From: Squalus acanthias
Taxonomy: Eukaryota
Reading direction: 5' to 3'
Assembly: GCA_030390025.1 (NCBI GenBank)
Contig: CM059432.1
Coordinates: 15,688,001-15,752,000 of the forward strand
Length of the DNA: 64,000 nt
Below the pieces are notes generated by a model, which did no database searches, had not been told where the DNA came from, and saw only the letters and a list, made by a program, of their open reading frames with translations. A program made the position numbers and the translations under genes. How positions within the stretch are numbered: the stretch's first letter is position 1; the number at the start of each line of letters is the position of its first letter. This document shows positions 24,304 to 37,189 of the stretch, piece by piece.

Positions 24304-27300
24304 TGTATATATTGTATCAAGCAGTGGTTTGGGAACGTGTGTTGGAGCTGGTAATACGATATCCAGAAAGCAGTGACTGATGTAAACTCGTCATTTCTCT
24401 GACTTGTGAACTATTTGGGGGCCCTTACAATTCTGCTCTGCTTACAATTTTGCAGTGCATATCGGTCAGCATGAAGCAAATTCCTACTAAAGTTAAATGC
24501 CTGTCTGCTGTGGCACAGTGGGGTCAGCCTGATGGATCCATTTCGTTAATGATATTCACAGACAATGTACTGGGTAAAATGAAGACTTTTAAGAGGGTAT
24601 CATCGTATTTAATGACTTTCCTTTGAAGAATGGAATTCCTCTTTAAGATTATCCTAAAGCTGCTTTTAAATTGAGCTTAGTGGCATGCAGGGTCCTCAGA
24701 TTATACTGGACTCACTAAGGCCAGCAAACATCTGCATGAGACCCGTGCATTGGGAGCTGGTGGTAATAGCACTCCGTCAGTCCCAATGTAGAAGCAGCCA
24801 ACAGGATGGCCGCATTGGTGCTAATGCGTTCCAGGCATTCTTTAGCTGTGTGGAAAGCTATCTTCTGAAATATCTTTCTCGCATATCGATGAGTGTGTCA
24901 CATTTGAACAAGACAAATATAACTCATCACCGGTATCATCGACATTAGCATGCCATTCCATAAATAATGAAAGTGTGTAGCTATCGTATTGCTCAGTTGT
25001 TGATGATTATATCAGTCAGAAACTTAACTTCCAATGTCACTGCTTGTCAGTCATGTGATTCAATTGCGAATACTGCTGTAGGTTGACTGCTTTGATGTCC
25101 CCAGTGGCAAAAAAATTGGACTAGGGTAAGAAATCCGCTTCATGTACATTATTTATTCTTTATTTTTTTCCCCCTTCTCTTCTTGCCTGATGATGCGAAC
25201 TCTTAATGGGCTAAATATCCACTGCTTTCCAAGTGGTCTCCTGTACCTTGCCCAACCGGGCATTTTTTTTATGTATGAGCTTCAGCAGTGAGGCTGGGAT
25301 TTTCCCCTCCTGTGTAATGCCCGTGGGGCAGCCTTCGCCTCCGCCTCCGCCAGTGACCTCTGCTCCTGACTCTGGCAAATTTTCTGAGGCCAGGTCACTT
25401 TACAAGTTTTAGGCTGGTGCCCCAGCTTCGATCGGAGGGTCCACCTTGAAGCCGATGGAAGTTGGTCATGACAGATCAGAGTAACATGGCCAACAACACC
25501 CTTTGCTGCCAACCCCAAATACTTTTCTCCACCCTCCCTCAAAAAAACCCCCAAAGGCCTTATTCTAAAGCGATCAATTATGTCGAGTGCGGTATCCCAT
25601 AAAATCCGGAATCCAGCAATCCCAGATTGCATGGCCATTGCCAGCAGCCAGTATTGCAAGAGCACAAATGACGGGAACTCATTCAGATGATGTATTCCAG
25701 TCATTTGCATGTCATATTAGATTATGCCCACCCAGATTTGGAAATTCCAGGAAATCTCAGAAGCACTGGGGCTGAATGCAGCTCTTGAGGAACTTGCTGC
25801 CCATATGTTATGCTGGGAAACCAGCCAAACGCCAATGGAAAATCTTCCTTGAATGTTGTTGGGCTGCTCTCCATGGAGGGAATCGCTGCCAAGTCCAAAT
25901 CCTGTCCCCCCCCCCCACCCCCCCCCAACAATCACACACAAACATTTTCCAACAGATACACCGGATAGAGATCAAGAGCTGATTTCTGCCCCTGCCCCTC
26001 ACCCCAGCCCATCTGCGTCAATTGTTGCATTCTCACCACCACCCTGACTCATTGACTAACTTAGCACAGGCCACGGGTTAACTCTGGGACCTTCCTGTTC
26101 TGTATGGCTTGGCACTGCTTGGTAGGCAGAGCATTTATCTGCAAGATTAATAGAACAGCTCTTTCCGTTGTGTGGATTTATGAAAACTGAAAAACAAATT
26201 AAAATGGAGGAGGTGGAGAAAATATTGTCCTTTTTTTAATTTTTGCATTTATTCTCCCTGTATCTGTGGACCAATGAATCTTCACTAGCGAGAAACTCAA
26301 ACTGCTGAAAGGGAAAAGTGTACGATTCTGCCCACAGGCGTGTTTTAGTTATTAAAATTCTTGTCAGTTTAAAAGTAGCTGAATGCTGCATTTCTAAAAC
26401 ACAAAGAATAGCGGGCAGACACCTGATTCTAGAGAAGTTAAGATACTTAAGGGGTAGAAATTAGTGTGTGTTGCGCCCATTCTCCAGGCATATAATGACG
26501 CAAAGCATACTAATCTGCACAGGCATTGGTCCCACTGCTAAATTTGTGGGGCTGTTTTTTTTTTTAGGCGCCCCATGCGAACTATTAAAACAGGCTCCAT
26601 GAATAAGTTAATGAGGAGCCTAATGCCTGTCTGAGGACCCTTTCACAAAATGAGTTATCGATGAGCGGGGTAGGCGTCGGGCCTGCTCGGCTCAGGATTA
26701 GTGGCTGCCAGCGAAAAGTGCGTACTAATTTAACTTTTTTCAACGCCTTTCTGTGGAGCCAAGGGGAGACGGAGTGCTCCCCCCAACTCCACAGTCCTGG
26801 CAATCAGTTCCCCCACCCCCCCCGCTCCCTCCGTTGCCCGCTCCAACTCCCCTCCTGGAATTTACCCGGAGCCGCAGTCGGCAGCCTAAAATTCACTTTT
26901 TTTAGTGAGGCGAGCAACAGAGCCACTGGCAGCTCACCCCCAGTATTCAGAGAAGGCCCAAAGCCCGATTTCAGGCCGGCCTCGGGCCTCTCTTTACGGG
27001 TGCACCGAGTCTGGGCCCAAAGACAGGCCCAGACTCCTTTCTACCAAGGATAATACATTTGTGTTTCTCCAGCATAGGGACTTCCCAGAAAACATTTATT
27101 ACTTTATTTTTTTTTGGTTCCGTTTTGCGCATCAAATCAGTATTCAGTCAATGCTGTGCTCGGCTTAAGGTGACGGGGGCGCCAGGATTTTGCTAGCTTA
27201 TCTGGAAACGGTCTTATACAGTTGTTGAGAAGCTACATCATTTTCTGACATTGGAGTGTTCTCCACCCACCTGTCCGCTCACTTCAGATAGGGTGCGATT

Positions 27301-27794
27301 AGCATTTGTTAGAGTGGAATGGCCAGTAGCAATAGCCTTGTCTGGCACAACACTGACATTTTCACTTCAAATAGCTTTATGTCCCTTTTCTCATTTGTGA
27401 GATAGGTCTGAGTCCATGACCTGTTAACCACAAGCAACTGGCTAGAATGATTGCAGACTCCTTTTGGTTTTGAAACCGTAGTAATTATCAGTGGGTGTTA
27501 GGAGACTGTTGCACTTGAATCCAGATCCTTGAGATGAAAGGCACAGATTTTTTTCTCGAATCCACTTGAATAAGGGTACCCGCCTTTCACCTGGTTTTAA
27601 ATTAGAGGCTTAGTGTGATTGACAGTAACAGGACACAACAAATAAACAGGAGCAAGCGCTACATGAGGTTTTTTGAAAAAGTTGCACCGTGAATTTCAAC
27701 TAAACAGTCCCGTTCTGCAGCTCCCCAGTATCTCTGACTGTGTGGCCTGCTCCTCAGTGTTCCTTCCTACTGTATCCTCCCCAGGAAACACTTC

Positions 27795-28015
27795 TCCACG
27801 CAAAGGGTGGTAGAAGTTTGGAACTCTCTTCCGCAAACGGCAGTTGATGCTAATCGTTAATTTTAAGTCTGAGATTGATAGATTTTTGTTAACCAAAGGT
27901 ATTAAGGGATATGGGGCAAAGGCGGGTATATGGAGTTAGGTCGCAGATCAGCCATGATCTCATTGAATGGCGGAACGGGCTCGAGGGGCTAATTGGCCTA
28001 CTCCTGTTCCTATGG
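27795..28015 (+). mobile_element. CR1 LINE 3' end
   Basis: VVEVWNSLP region and ggcctactcctgttcctatg tail. Confidence 0.8.
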
Positions 28016-28247
28016 TTCACTGTGCCATTGGTGTTTCCCAGTGCTATCTGCTCCACAGTGTTCCTCTGTGCTGCTCACTTCCTGATGTTCCTCTGAGTCA
28101 TGCGCAATGCCCTCCACTCCCCGACATCTCGTTGTGCTGATCCCTTCCTGATGTATCTCTGTGGCACCCACTCCTGGATGCTTCACTATGTCACCAGCTC
28201 CCCAGTGTTCCACTGTGCTGACCTGCTCTCTAACATTGTGCTTCACT

Positions 28248-28605
28248 GGCCCCGAGATTTACTCGGGGCCGAGAAGAGGGGGTGGGGGGTGCGTGGAGGA
28301 TGATTTTCGGATGAGAAACCCGGAAGTGTGGGCTTCCCGGACGTCCTGCAGAAATTAACCGACCCCCCGATCTTCTCGCTTGCCGGGGATTGTCCCCAGT
28401 GGTCCCTGGCTGCTGCCTTCTACCGCAGGCTTTCCTGCCCGGCCTTCAGTCTGGCTGGCTGCCGGGGGGCAGGGGGGGAACAGAGTAAAAAAAAAACTAA
28501 CAATGTCCTGCCATTAAATTTGGCCGGACTTCTGCGTTCCCGGCATTTCCGGGTTACCCGGCTGCTGACAGGCACCCCGCTCCCTCCCCATAAATATCTG
28601 GGCCC
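28248..28605. mobile_element. GC-rich MITE
   Basis: Ends ggccccgagatttac / taaatatctgggccc are imperfect inverted repeats. Confidence 0.5.
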
Positions 28606-28717
28606 AAGTATCTGGTGCCTGTTTCCTTTGTAATTAGAAGCAGTATGACATATCCTTGATTTATTTTTTTTCGTAGTGCAGACTCTACACGTTAAACCTG
28701 ATTTAAGAAAACCTTTG

Positions 28718-29337
28718 GACCTAAAAATTTGGTTGCTTTGCGCCTCCCGTTAGCGCCCGGGCGCAGCACTGCCAACGCCTCCCGTGAAATTCAACGGGAG
28801 GTTAGCGGCGGCGGTAACCGTTAGCGCCCCGCGGCACTGCGCCGCCGGCGATGACGTCATCGCCGTGTGCAGCGCCCCGGCCGCGATCTTCGGTAGCGCC
28901 CCCTGACTTACTGCCGGACGCTATGTCCGACGGGGTCAGGGGGGCCTACCTGCGGCCGGGGCGGTGCTAATTAAAGGGAAGGTGCCGAGCGGCCATTTTT
29001 GTTGCTGGCCAACTGCCAGCACCTGCCTCCGTTGCTGTCCCCGGCCTCCTCTGAAGCCCCCCCCGCGGAGTGCCGGCACTCTGATCCCGGGTGGCCCAGC
29101 TAGGCCCCGGGTCGCACTCTGCAAGAAGGGGGGGAAGACCTGCAGTACCGCGGCCACGACGCGGCATGTAGTGCCGTGATATTCACTCGCAGCGCCCCAA
29201 GAGGGAGGCGGGGCGCTCCAGTAGCATCCCGCTTCCCTCTTGGGGCGCTATCGATGAATTTCGGCCGTGTGCGTGCTAATTTTTTCAGGGCGCTACTTTT
29301 AGTGCCCTGGTGAAGTTAGCGCCCCGATTTTTCCCCC
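28718..29337. mobile_element. GC-rich Harbinger-type MITE with multiple tagcgccc subterminal motifs
   Basis: 3-bp flanks ttg/ttg; ends related, in inverted orientation, to 55651-56387. Confidence 0.65.
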
Positions 29338-29851
29338 TTGGTCTTCCGATGTGAAAATTGTGGATTTTGAGGAGTCCAAACCCAAAGTCCAGATTGATCC
29401 AGGTGCTCCCTAACACCAATGGCCTGGCCACATTCTTGCTCAGCCTTTCCCTGTATTGTAGATTTTGGAATGTTTCCTCGGCCAGATAGTGCTGTTGCGC
29501 AGTGCCTTGGAACGCACCGACTCACAGTGCCATAGACTGGCGGGCCGTGAGTTCATGCCAACCATCTCCCGATTCTCCTGAGTGCCTGAGCAATGAGAAG
29601 AGCTCACTGAGTCAGGGCCTTGTTGCCAGAGGTCAGAGAGAGGAGGCTTCCCATTACAGTTGCCAGCCATTCTGTTTTGGACCAAAAAGTTCAACAATTA
29701 TTGCAAGCTGTGTGAACATTTATGAAAAACAAAACCCAGGCAACAAAGTTTAAAAAAAAAAAGATTTTTACTGTAATTGTGAAACGTTTCGGTCATCCTG
29801 AGGAGTGAAAGGCACTATCTAAATGCAAGATCTTCTTTCTTTGTTTCAAAA

Positions 29852-30130
29852 ACAATAACACTTGCATTTATATAGTGTTTTTAATGTAGTAAAGCGTCCC
29901 AAGGCGCTTCACAAGACCGTTATCGAACAGAATTTGACACCGAGCCACACAAAGAAATATCAGGGCAGGTGACCAAAAGCTCGGTCAATGAGGTAGGTTT
30001 TAAGGAGTGTCTTAAAGGAGGAAAGAGAAGTGGAGAGGTTATTGGGGGAATTCCAGAGCTTGAAGCCTAGGCCGCTGAAGGCACGACCGCCAATGGTGGA
30101 GCGATTAAAATCGGGGTTGCTCAAGAAGCC
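29852..30130 (-). mobile_element. L2 LINE 3' end
   Basis: Reverse complement of the L2 tail. Confidence 0.82.
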
Positions 30131-30473
30131 ATCATTTGGTCTTGTCTTTGTGAAAATACTTTCAAGAAACTGATCTCAACCAGGGCAGAAAATGAGCCAT
30201 TGTTGAAAGTGGCATCAACTAGGAGGGGGAACAAAAGTTACAGTTCCTGCTCTCCCTTACTATCCAGTGACCCTTCTGGAAAGTGCACATGTGGATGTCA
30301 GATTAAGAAATAGCAGGTCTCCGTTTCTACAGTTGAATAGGTTTCCAATGTTCACTCCAGTGGTGAGCCATCATCTTTTACTTCACTAAAACTAATAATG
30401 ATCATTTCAAATGTTGGGTTCAGTCAAGATCTTGGCTGATCTGCACCTCGACTCCATTTTCCTGCCTTTATTC

Positions 30474-31132
30474 TATCTGCGCTCCTCTAATTCTGGTCTC
30501 TTGAGCATCCCTGATTTTAATTGCTCAACCATTGGCGGCCGTGCCTTCAGCTGCCTAGGCCCTAAGCTCCGGAATTCCCTGCCTAAACCTGTCTGCCTCT
30601 CTACCTCTCATTCCTCCTTTTAAGACGCTCCGTAAAACCTACGTCTTGGACCAAGTTTTGATCATCTGCCCTAATATCTCCTTATGTGGCTCAGTGTCAA
30701 ATTTTGTTTGATAACGCTTCTGTGAAGCGCCTTGGGACGTTTTACTACATTTAAAGGCGCTATATAAGATGCACTGCAGCAACTCGGCAAGACTTCTCCG
30801 GCAGCACCTCCCAAACCCGCGACCTCTTCCACCTAGAAGGACAAGGGCAGCAGGCGCATGGGAACACCACCACCTCCAAGTTCCCCTCCAAGTCACACAC
30901 CATCCTGACTTAGAAGTATATCGCCGATCCTTCATCGTCGCTGGGTCAAAATCCTGGAACTCCCTCCCTAACAGCACTGTGGGAGTACCTTCACCACACG
31001 GACTGCAGCGGTTCAAGAAGGCGGCTCACCACCACCTTCTCAAGGGCAACTAGGGATGGGCAATAAATGCTGGCCTTGCCAGCGACGCTCACATCCCATA
31101 AAACGAATTTAAAAAATGCAAGTTGTTGTTGT
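30474..31132 (+). mobile_element. L2 3' end split at its tail by the LINE at 30767-31115
   Basis: L2 runs to ...ggcgctatataa at 30767 and resumes as atgcaagttgttgttg at ~31116. Confidence 0.8.
30767..31115 (+). mobile_element. CR1-group non-LTR retrotransposon 3' end ('AAHHHLLKGN' family; clade not assigned)
   Basis: MHCSNS.RLLRQHLPN...WNSLPNSTVG...FKKAAHHHLLKGN*; 3' tail gggatgggcaataaatgctggcc...cccat...aaaa. Confidence 0.8.
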
Positions 31133-31931
31133 TGATTCTGTGAAAACTGCATCCAGAACTGCCCCCTGAGAAAATTGCTGATTAAGTATCTCCAGTGAGA
31201 TATTGGAAGGCCGCTGTGCTCTATACGTTAGCACAAGTCAGCACCTTCAGCAGAGGAGCGACGAAATCTGGGGAGAAACACGTTTTGTTGACGAGTGCTG
31301 CTTTCACAGACATTGTTTCACTGTAGTGGGATAAAACAACTTTCACACGGATCTGATGCGAACAAAAGGACAGCTGTCCTGATTTGGTGGTATCTCTGCA
31401 GAAGGCCAGCAGGGCAGCAGTAAAGGGGAATGTGTAGCTTTCAAGGACAACAATGCTATCTGTATCGTAGGCATTTCGCTTACAAAAATAAACTTAAGTC
31501 TGTTACTAAGCAGTTTAAATACAAGCAACTTGAGGCATATACAAACCTTCACCCAAGTACACTACTTCCATTCATACATTAATCAGCTGTAGTTTCTTGT
31601 GGGAAAATTCTAGTCCCAACATGCTCAGATCCAGTACTCGGGTCTAGACCTGTCATTTGAACTCATCACTCTCGGTTTTCATGTAGCTTTTTAGAAGCCA
31701 AGAGTGGCTCCATTCAAACTAATGTTTGCGTGTGGGGTCCATGTACTCATTGTGGGGCATAATCGTGAGTTGGCCTCATCTTCCTTTGATGTTGCCTCAC
31801 TCAGCTTTGCTCCCTCTGTTCTCCTTTTCCTCCTCTTCCTTCATTAGAATTGCAAACACAGGAAGCTCAGCAGCCATCCCTGTGTCTCGGGGTAGGGAGG
31901 GTCAAAGATGGTCTGGTGAGTGGCGACACTC

Positions 31932-32401
31932 TGTGTCAGCTGTGGCTCAGTGGGTAGCACACTCGCCTTCTGAGTCAGAAGGTTGTGGGTTCAAGTCCCA
32001 CTCCAGGGACTCGAGCACGTAAAGCTAGGCTGACACTCCAGTGCAGTGCTGAGGGAGTGATGCACTGTCGGAGGTGCTGTCTTTCGGATGGGACGTTAAA
32101 CCGAGGCCCCGACTGATCTCTCAGGTAAAAGATCCCATGGCACTATTTCGAAGAAGAGTAGGGGAGTTATCCCCGGTGTCCTGGCCAATATTTATCCCTC
32201 AACCAACATAACAAAAACAGATTATTTGGTTATTATCACATTGCTGTTTGTGGGACCTTGCTGTGCACAAAATGGCTGCCGCATTTCCTACATTACAACA
32301 GTGACTCCTCTTCAAAAAGTACTTCATTGGCTGTAAAGCGCTTTTGAGACGTCCAGTGGTTGTGAAAGGTGCTATATAAATGCAAGTCTGTCTTTCTTTT
32401 T
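31932..32401 (+). mobile_element. DeuSINE (SacSINE1-like), full length
   Basis: Collinear with the other copies. Confidence 0.85.
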
Positions 32402-32927
32402 CTCTGGTAGTTTAGCATCCTGCATAGTAGCTCCCTAAAGCAAAAATGAATTTTCTCCAAAGGTGCAGGCAATTGTGAGAAATGGGCAAACGTTTTCAAT
32501 GCTGCACCTTTCACTTCCGCCACTTGGGTCAGCTGCTGTGAAGGCATTTACCTAACTGGCCCTGAAGCAAATGACATGTAATGGGCTTGCACATTCTGGG
32601 GACTCTGAAAGCTTAAGTCAACATAATGGAATAGAAAGTGCGCACTGGTGAAGGGGAAGACGTAGCAACTGCTCAGACTGGAAACTTCACGGCATCGAAA
32701 GGTAGGCAGATCTATGGCAGAATCTGATCCGGCCAACATTTACAAGCCTCCAAATTCTGCTGCGTTGACATTGCTCTCCAAACTTGCCCCTACAAACATG
32801 GCTTTTGGGGCCCCCAATATGTATAAAGTTCAAAGACATTAGAATTTTTTTTTCCTACTCACACCACTTGGTTCTTTGTGTAAAATATCAAGGAGGAGGA
32901 GGAGGGAAATAATCAGATCCCAATCAA

Positions 32928-33490
32928 CAGCAACAATAACTTGTATTTATATAGTACCTTTAACGTGATAAAACATCCCAAGGCACTTCACAGGACCGTT
33001 ATAAAAAAATTTGACACCGAGCCACATAAGGAGATATTAGGACAGATGACTTGGTCAAAGAGGTAAGTTTTAAGGAATGTCTTAAAGGAGGAAATAGAGG
33101 TAGAGAGACGGAGAGGTTTAAGGAGGGAATTCCAGAGCTTAGGGCCTTGGCAGCTGAAGGCACGGCCACCAATGGTGGAGCGATTAAAATCAGGGATGCG
33201 CAAGAGGTGGAATTGGAGGAGCGCAGAGATCGCGGAGGGTTGTAGGGCTGGAGGAGGTTACAGAGATAGGGAGGGGTGAGGCCATGGAGGGATTTGAAAA
33301 CAAGGATGAGAATTTTAAAATTGAGGTGTTTCTTAACCGGGAGCCAGTGTAGGTCAGTGAGCACAGGGGTGATGGGTGAATGGGACTTGGTGCGAGTTAG
33401 GACACGGGCAGCAGAGTTTTGGATGAGCTCAAGCTTATGGAGGGTGGAAGATGGGAGGCCGGCCAGGAGAGCCTTGGAATAGTTAAGTCT
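32928..33490 (-). mobile_element. L2 LINE 3' part
   Basis: ORF 32999-33529 RLNYSKALLAGLP...LTDLHWLPV. Confidence 0.88.
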
Positions 33491-34149
33491 ATCTCCTTGC
33501 ATATCTCTGGGATGAACTTTTCCTGTCAATAATCTTAGTGAAAAAGTTGGTGTGAGTACAAACCAGAAATTAAAAATAAGGTTTTAAAAATGAGCGTTAA
33601 AAAGCACCCGACAAGAGCGGAAATTTGACTGGTCATTATCCGGGGAACAGGCTGACCTAACAGCAGTATTTGGTTTTTGAAGTGATTCCAGTAAAATGAA
33701 ATACAGACGCACCGTGTCACGGGGTTAGAATGGAGGAGGAAATCAGAAATGTTCACACACTGGAAAACTAGTCAAGGTTTTGACCAGTGAAATATCTTCT
33801 ACCTCAGAATGGACAAGGAAAATAGAGCAAACCCAGGAAGGCTCCCATTCCCCCGCCCCCCACCCCACTTCTAAATCCAACATTATGAACAAAAGGGTGG
33901 AGTTGCTTTAACCACAAACAAAACCAAAACAACCCTGGACTGATTTTTCGATCGTGTCTCTGTGCAGGAGAGCCAGGAATAAGCCTTACGCTGTCCACAG
34001 AGCTCAAACAAAAAATGGAGTGGAAGGGGCCGTGTGCATGACCTGATCAGAAATCTTCTACGTTATCAATCTTAATCGACCCTACTAACTATATTTTTAT
34101 AAAATATTTACTTAATGAAATTTTGAATTTGAAACACCCATGCATGATG

Positions 34150-34221
34150 CCCTCGTTAGTATAGTGGTAAGGACCGCTGCGTGTCAAACCAAGTGACGGG
34201 GTTTGATTCCCCAACAGGGAG
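34150..34221 (+). pseudogene. Degenerate tRNA-Asp(GTC)-derived sequence (pseudogene or SINE head)
   Basis: ccctcgttagtatagtggtaag...gtgtcaa...ggggtttgattccccaacagggag aligns over 72 nt to vertebrate tRNA-Asp (TCCTCGTTAGTATAGTGG...GGGGTTCGATTCCCCGACGGGGAG); anticodon stem broken, T-loop TTC changed to TTT. Confidence 0.8.
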
Positions 34222-34520
34222 ATTCAAAGTTATCCTTCCTTTGGCTGAGATGTTAAACTGAGGTCCCATCTCCTTATTCCACAGGGTTAAATAGACCTTA
34301 CAGGTCCCCTACCACTATTTGAGGAGCAGGGAGTTCTCTAGCCATCCTGGCCAACATTCCTCACTTAACTAATACCATTAATTAAACAGATTGGCTCATA
34401 TTATTATTTGTGCGACATTGTTGGTGCTGAATGACTGACTGCCATATTTGGCTGCACAACAGTCACTTCACTCCTAAGGTACTTTGAAGTATTTCAACCT
34501 GATATGGTGCTATATAAGTA
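34222..34520 (+). mobile_element. Old Deu-domain SINE body and tail directly after the tRNA-Asp sequence
   Basis: ctttggctgagatgttaaactgaggtccc...gagcagggagttc...tcctggccaaca...ggtgctatataag parallels the SacSINE1-like body. Confidence 0.65.
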
Positions 34521-34609
34521 GTATAGTACATGGCAATGCAACAAAGTGTGCACACTTCAACAGGAAGGCTTAAGTACTTAATTTCACACCAGTCAGCGAA
34601 CCATAGAAG

Positions 34610-35150
34610 TTTCTTCTTCTTCTTAGGCAGTCCCTCGGAACCGAAGATGACTTGCTTCCACACTAAAAATGAGTACTCGGGTGACTGATGAGTCTAATGC
34701 GCGACCTACAGTCTCTGTCACAGGTGGGGCAGACGGTGGTTGAAGGGGTGGGTGGGTGGGGTGCTTGGGTTGACGTGCGCTCCTTCCGCTGTTTGCACTT
34801 GGCTTCCGCTTGCTCCCGGCCAAGAGACTCGAGGTGTTCGGCGCCTTCCCAGATGCTTCTCCTCCACTTTGTGCGGTCTTGGGCCAGGGATTCCCAGGTG
34901 TTGGTGGGGATGTTGCGCTTTTTCAAGGAGGCTTTGAGGGTGTCCTTGAAGCGTTTCCTCTGCCCACCTGGGGCTCTCTTGCCGTGTCGGAGCTCCGAGT
35001 AGAGCACTTGTTTTGGGAGTCTCGTATCGGGCATGAGGACGATGTGGCCCGTCCATCGGAGCTGATCGAGCGTGGTCAAAGCTTCGATGCTGGGGATGTT
35101 GGCCTGAGCAAGAACACTGACGTTGGTGCGCCTATCCTGCCAATGGATTT
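34610..35150 (-). mobile_element. RTE (BovB-like) LINE 3' part
   Basis: ORF 34663-35079 QLRWTGHIV.MPDTRLPKQVLYSEL...GGQRKRFKD...CPTC.RDC.SRI.L.SH zinc-finger-like end. Confidence 0.9.
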
Positions 35151-36265
35151 ACGGTGCTGACTAAGGCCATTGGGTCCATCATATCTGTGCCAGCTCTTTG
35201 CAAGAGCAATCCAAAAGTAATTCCACTGCCTGTGCTTTCCCCATAGGCTTAATCTTCCTCCTCTTCAAATATTTATCCACTTTTCTCTTGAAAAGTACAA
35301 TGTTCTCTGCCTCAACCACTCCTGTGGCAAAGCAGTTCATGCTTCAACAATCCACTGCATAAAGAAATTTCTCCTCATCTCTCTCCTCACTCTCTTGGAA
35401 TTTTAAACTGGTTGTCCCTAGTCACCGACTTCCCAACCACAGGGAATAGTCCTTCCCTATTCACTTAATCATAATTCTTCATAATTTTAAAAACCTCTAG
35501 TAAATCTCTTCTTAGCCTTGCTGCCAAGTGGAAATTGTTCCAGTCTCTCACATTTCCCCATATAAGTAAAATTTCCCATCCCCCGCATCACCCTGGTAAA
35601 TCTATGCTGCACAGTCTCTATGATCTTAATGTCCTTTCTATAATAGGGCACCCAAACAGCACACAGTGCTCTAACTGTTGCCACTGTTTTGTATACATTG
35701 ATCATTACTTCTTACTCTTCTACTCTAAGCCCCTAGTTATAAGCCAAGGCTTCTTCGGCAGCACCTCCCAAACCCACGACCTCTACCACCTAGAAGGACA
35801 AGGGCAGCAGGCGCATGAGAACACCACCACCTCCAAGTTCCCCTCCAAGTCACACACCATCCTGATTTGGAAATATATCGCTGATCCTTCATCGTCGCTG
35901 GGTCAAAATCCTGGAACTCCCTCCCTAACAGCACTGTGGGAGTAGCTTCACCACACGGACTGCAGCGGTTCAAGAAGGCGGCTCACCACCACCTTCTCGA
36001 GGGCAATTAGGGATGGGCAATAAATGCTGGCCTTGCCAGTGATGCCCACATCCCATAACGAATTTAAAAAAAAACCTCCAAATTCTAGTGCCTTTTTTTT
36101 AATGGATTTAATTTATCCACCTGCACTAACACTTTCAGGAAATAGTGCACTTTAAGTCCTAGGTCTCTGTTCATCCAGACCCTTCCGTGTCTTTGCATTA
36201 AGCGCATATGCTGTTTCTTCTCTGAAAGCACATTACCTCACATTTATCCACATTTAATTGCATCT
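35150..36265 (-). mobile_element. Old CR1 fragment, interrupted by the LINE at 35745-36073
   Basis: INVYKT...W.PYYRKDI..IE.VQ.RFTR motif. Confidence 0.6.
35745..36073 (+). mobile_element. 'AAHHHLLKGN' family LINE 3' end
   Basis: Collinear with 30767-31115. Confidence 0.8.
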
Positions 36266-36420
36266 GGATAAGTGTATGAGGGAGAAGGGAATAGAGGGTT
36301 ATGCTGATAGAGTTAGATGAGGAAGGATGGGAGGAGGCTTGAGTGAAGCATAAAAGTTGGGATGGACTGGTTGGGCCGAATGGCCTGTTTCTGTGCTGTA
36401 TATCCTATATCATTCTATGC
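36265..36420 (+). mobile_element. CR1-type 3' tail (related copy at 45325-45650)
   Basis: gagggagaagggaatagagggttatgctgatag...gggccgaatggcctgtttctgtgc. Confidence 0.7.
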
Positions 36421-36544
36421 TTCCTGTCTGGCCTTCCACTAACGTGTCTATATCTTCCTAAAGTCTTTTACCATCCTCCCGTCTGTCAAATCTCCTACTT
36501 TTGTGTTGTCAGCAAATTTAGAGATTCTGTTTCCCCATAGCCAT

Positions 36545-36965
36545 AGTGGGTACGGTAGCATAGGGCTAGCAATCCAGAGGCCTGGACTAATGATCCGGAG
36601 ACCTGAGAGTTCAAATCTCAGCACGGCAGCTGGGGAATTTAAATTCATAAATAATTCATTAAATCTGGAATTTAAAAAAAAAGCTCGTATCAGTAATGGT
36701 GACCATGAAACTACCAGATTGTCATAAAAATCCATCTGATTCACTAATGTCCTTCAGGGACAGGAAGGAAATCTGTCTATAGGTGACTCCAGACCCACAG
36801 CAATGTGGTTGACTCTTAACTGCCCTCTGAAATGGCCTAGCAAACCATGCAGTTGTATTGAAGAGTTCGTGGCTCACCACCAGCGTCTCGAGGGCAATTA
36901 GGGATGGGCAATAAATGCTGGCCTTGTCGGCGACACCCACATCCTGTGAATGAATAAAAAAAAAA
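36545..36965 (+). mobile_element. Second SINE family sharing its 3' tail with the 'AAHHHLLKGN' LINE
   Basis: B-box-like gagttcaaatc, non-coding body, terminal ~75 nt near-identical to the LINE tail. Confidence 0.7.
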
Positions 36966-37189
36966 TCTATCCTGAACAAAAATTGGACCCTCTAGAATAC
37001 ACCAGCTCTAACCCTCTCACCTGTTGTATGTATGCATTCACCATCTTGGCTATAAAAGTTAAAATTGCCCCCACTATGTAAAAATCACCAATTGGACTCA
37101 CTAAGCAGTGACTGCTGATTGTTGTGGGGAAGTAAGAAAATCAAAGGTAGAGACTCACTGCCAAAAAACTCAAACTGCTGATTTTTGCG

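Noticed and set aside
34150..34221. Functional tRNA-Asp gene
   Set aside because: The anticodon stem cannot pair, the T-loop is mutated, and no T-run terminator follows directly
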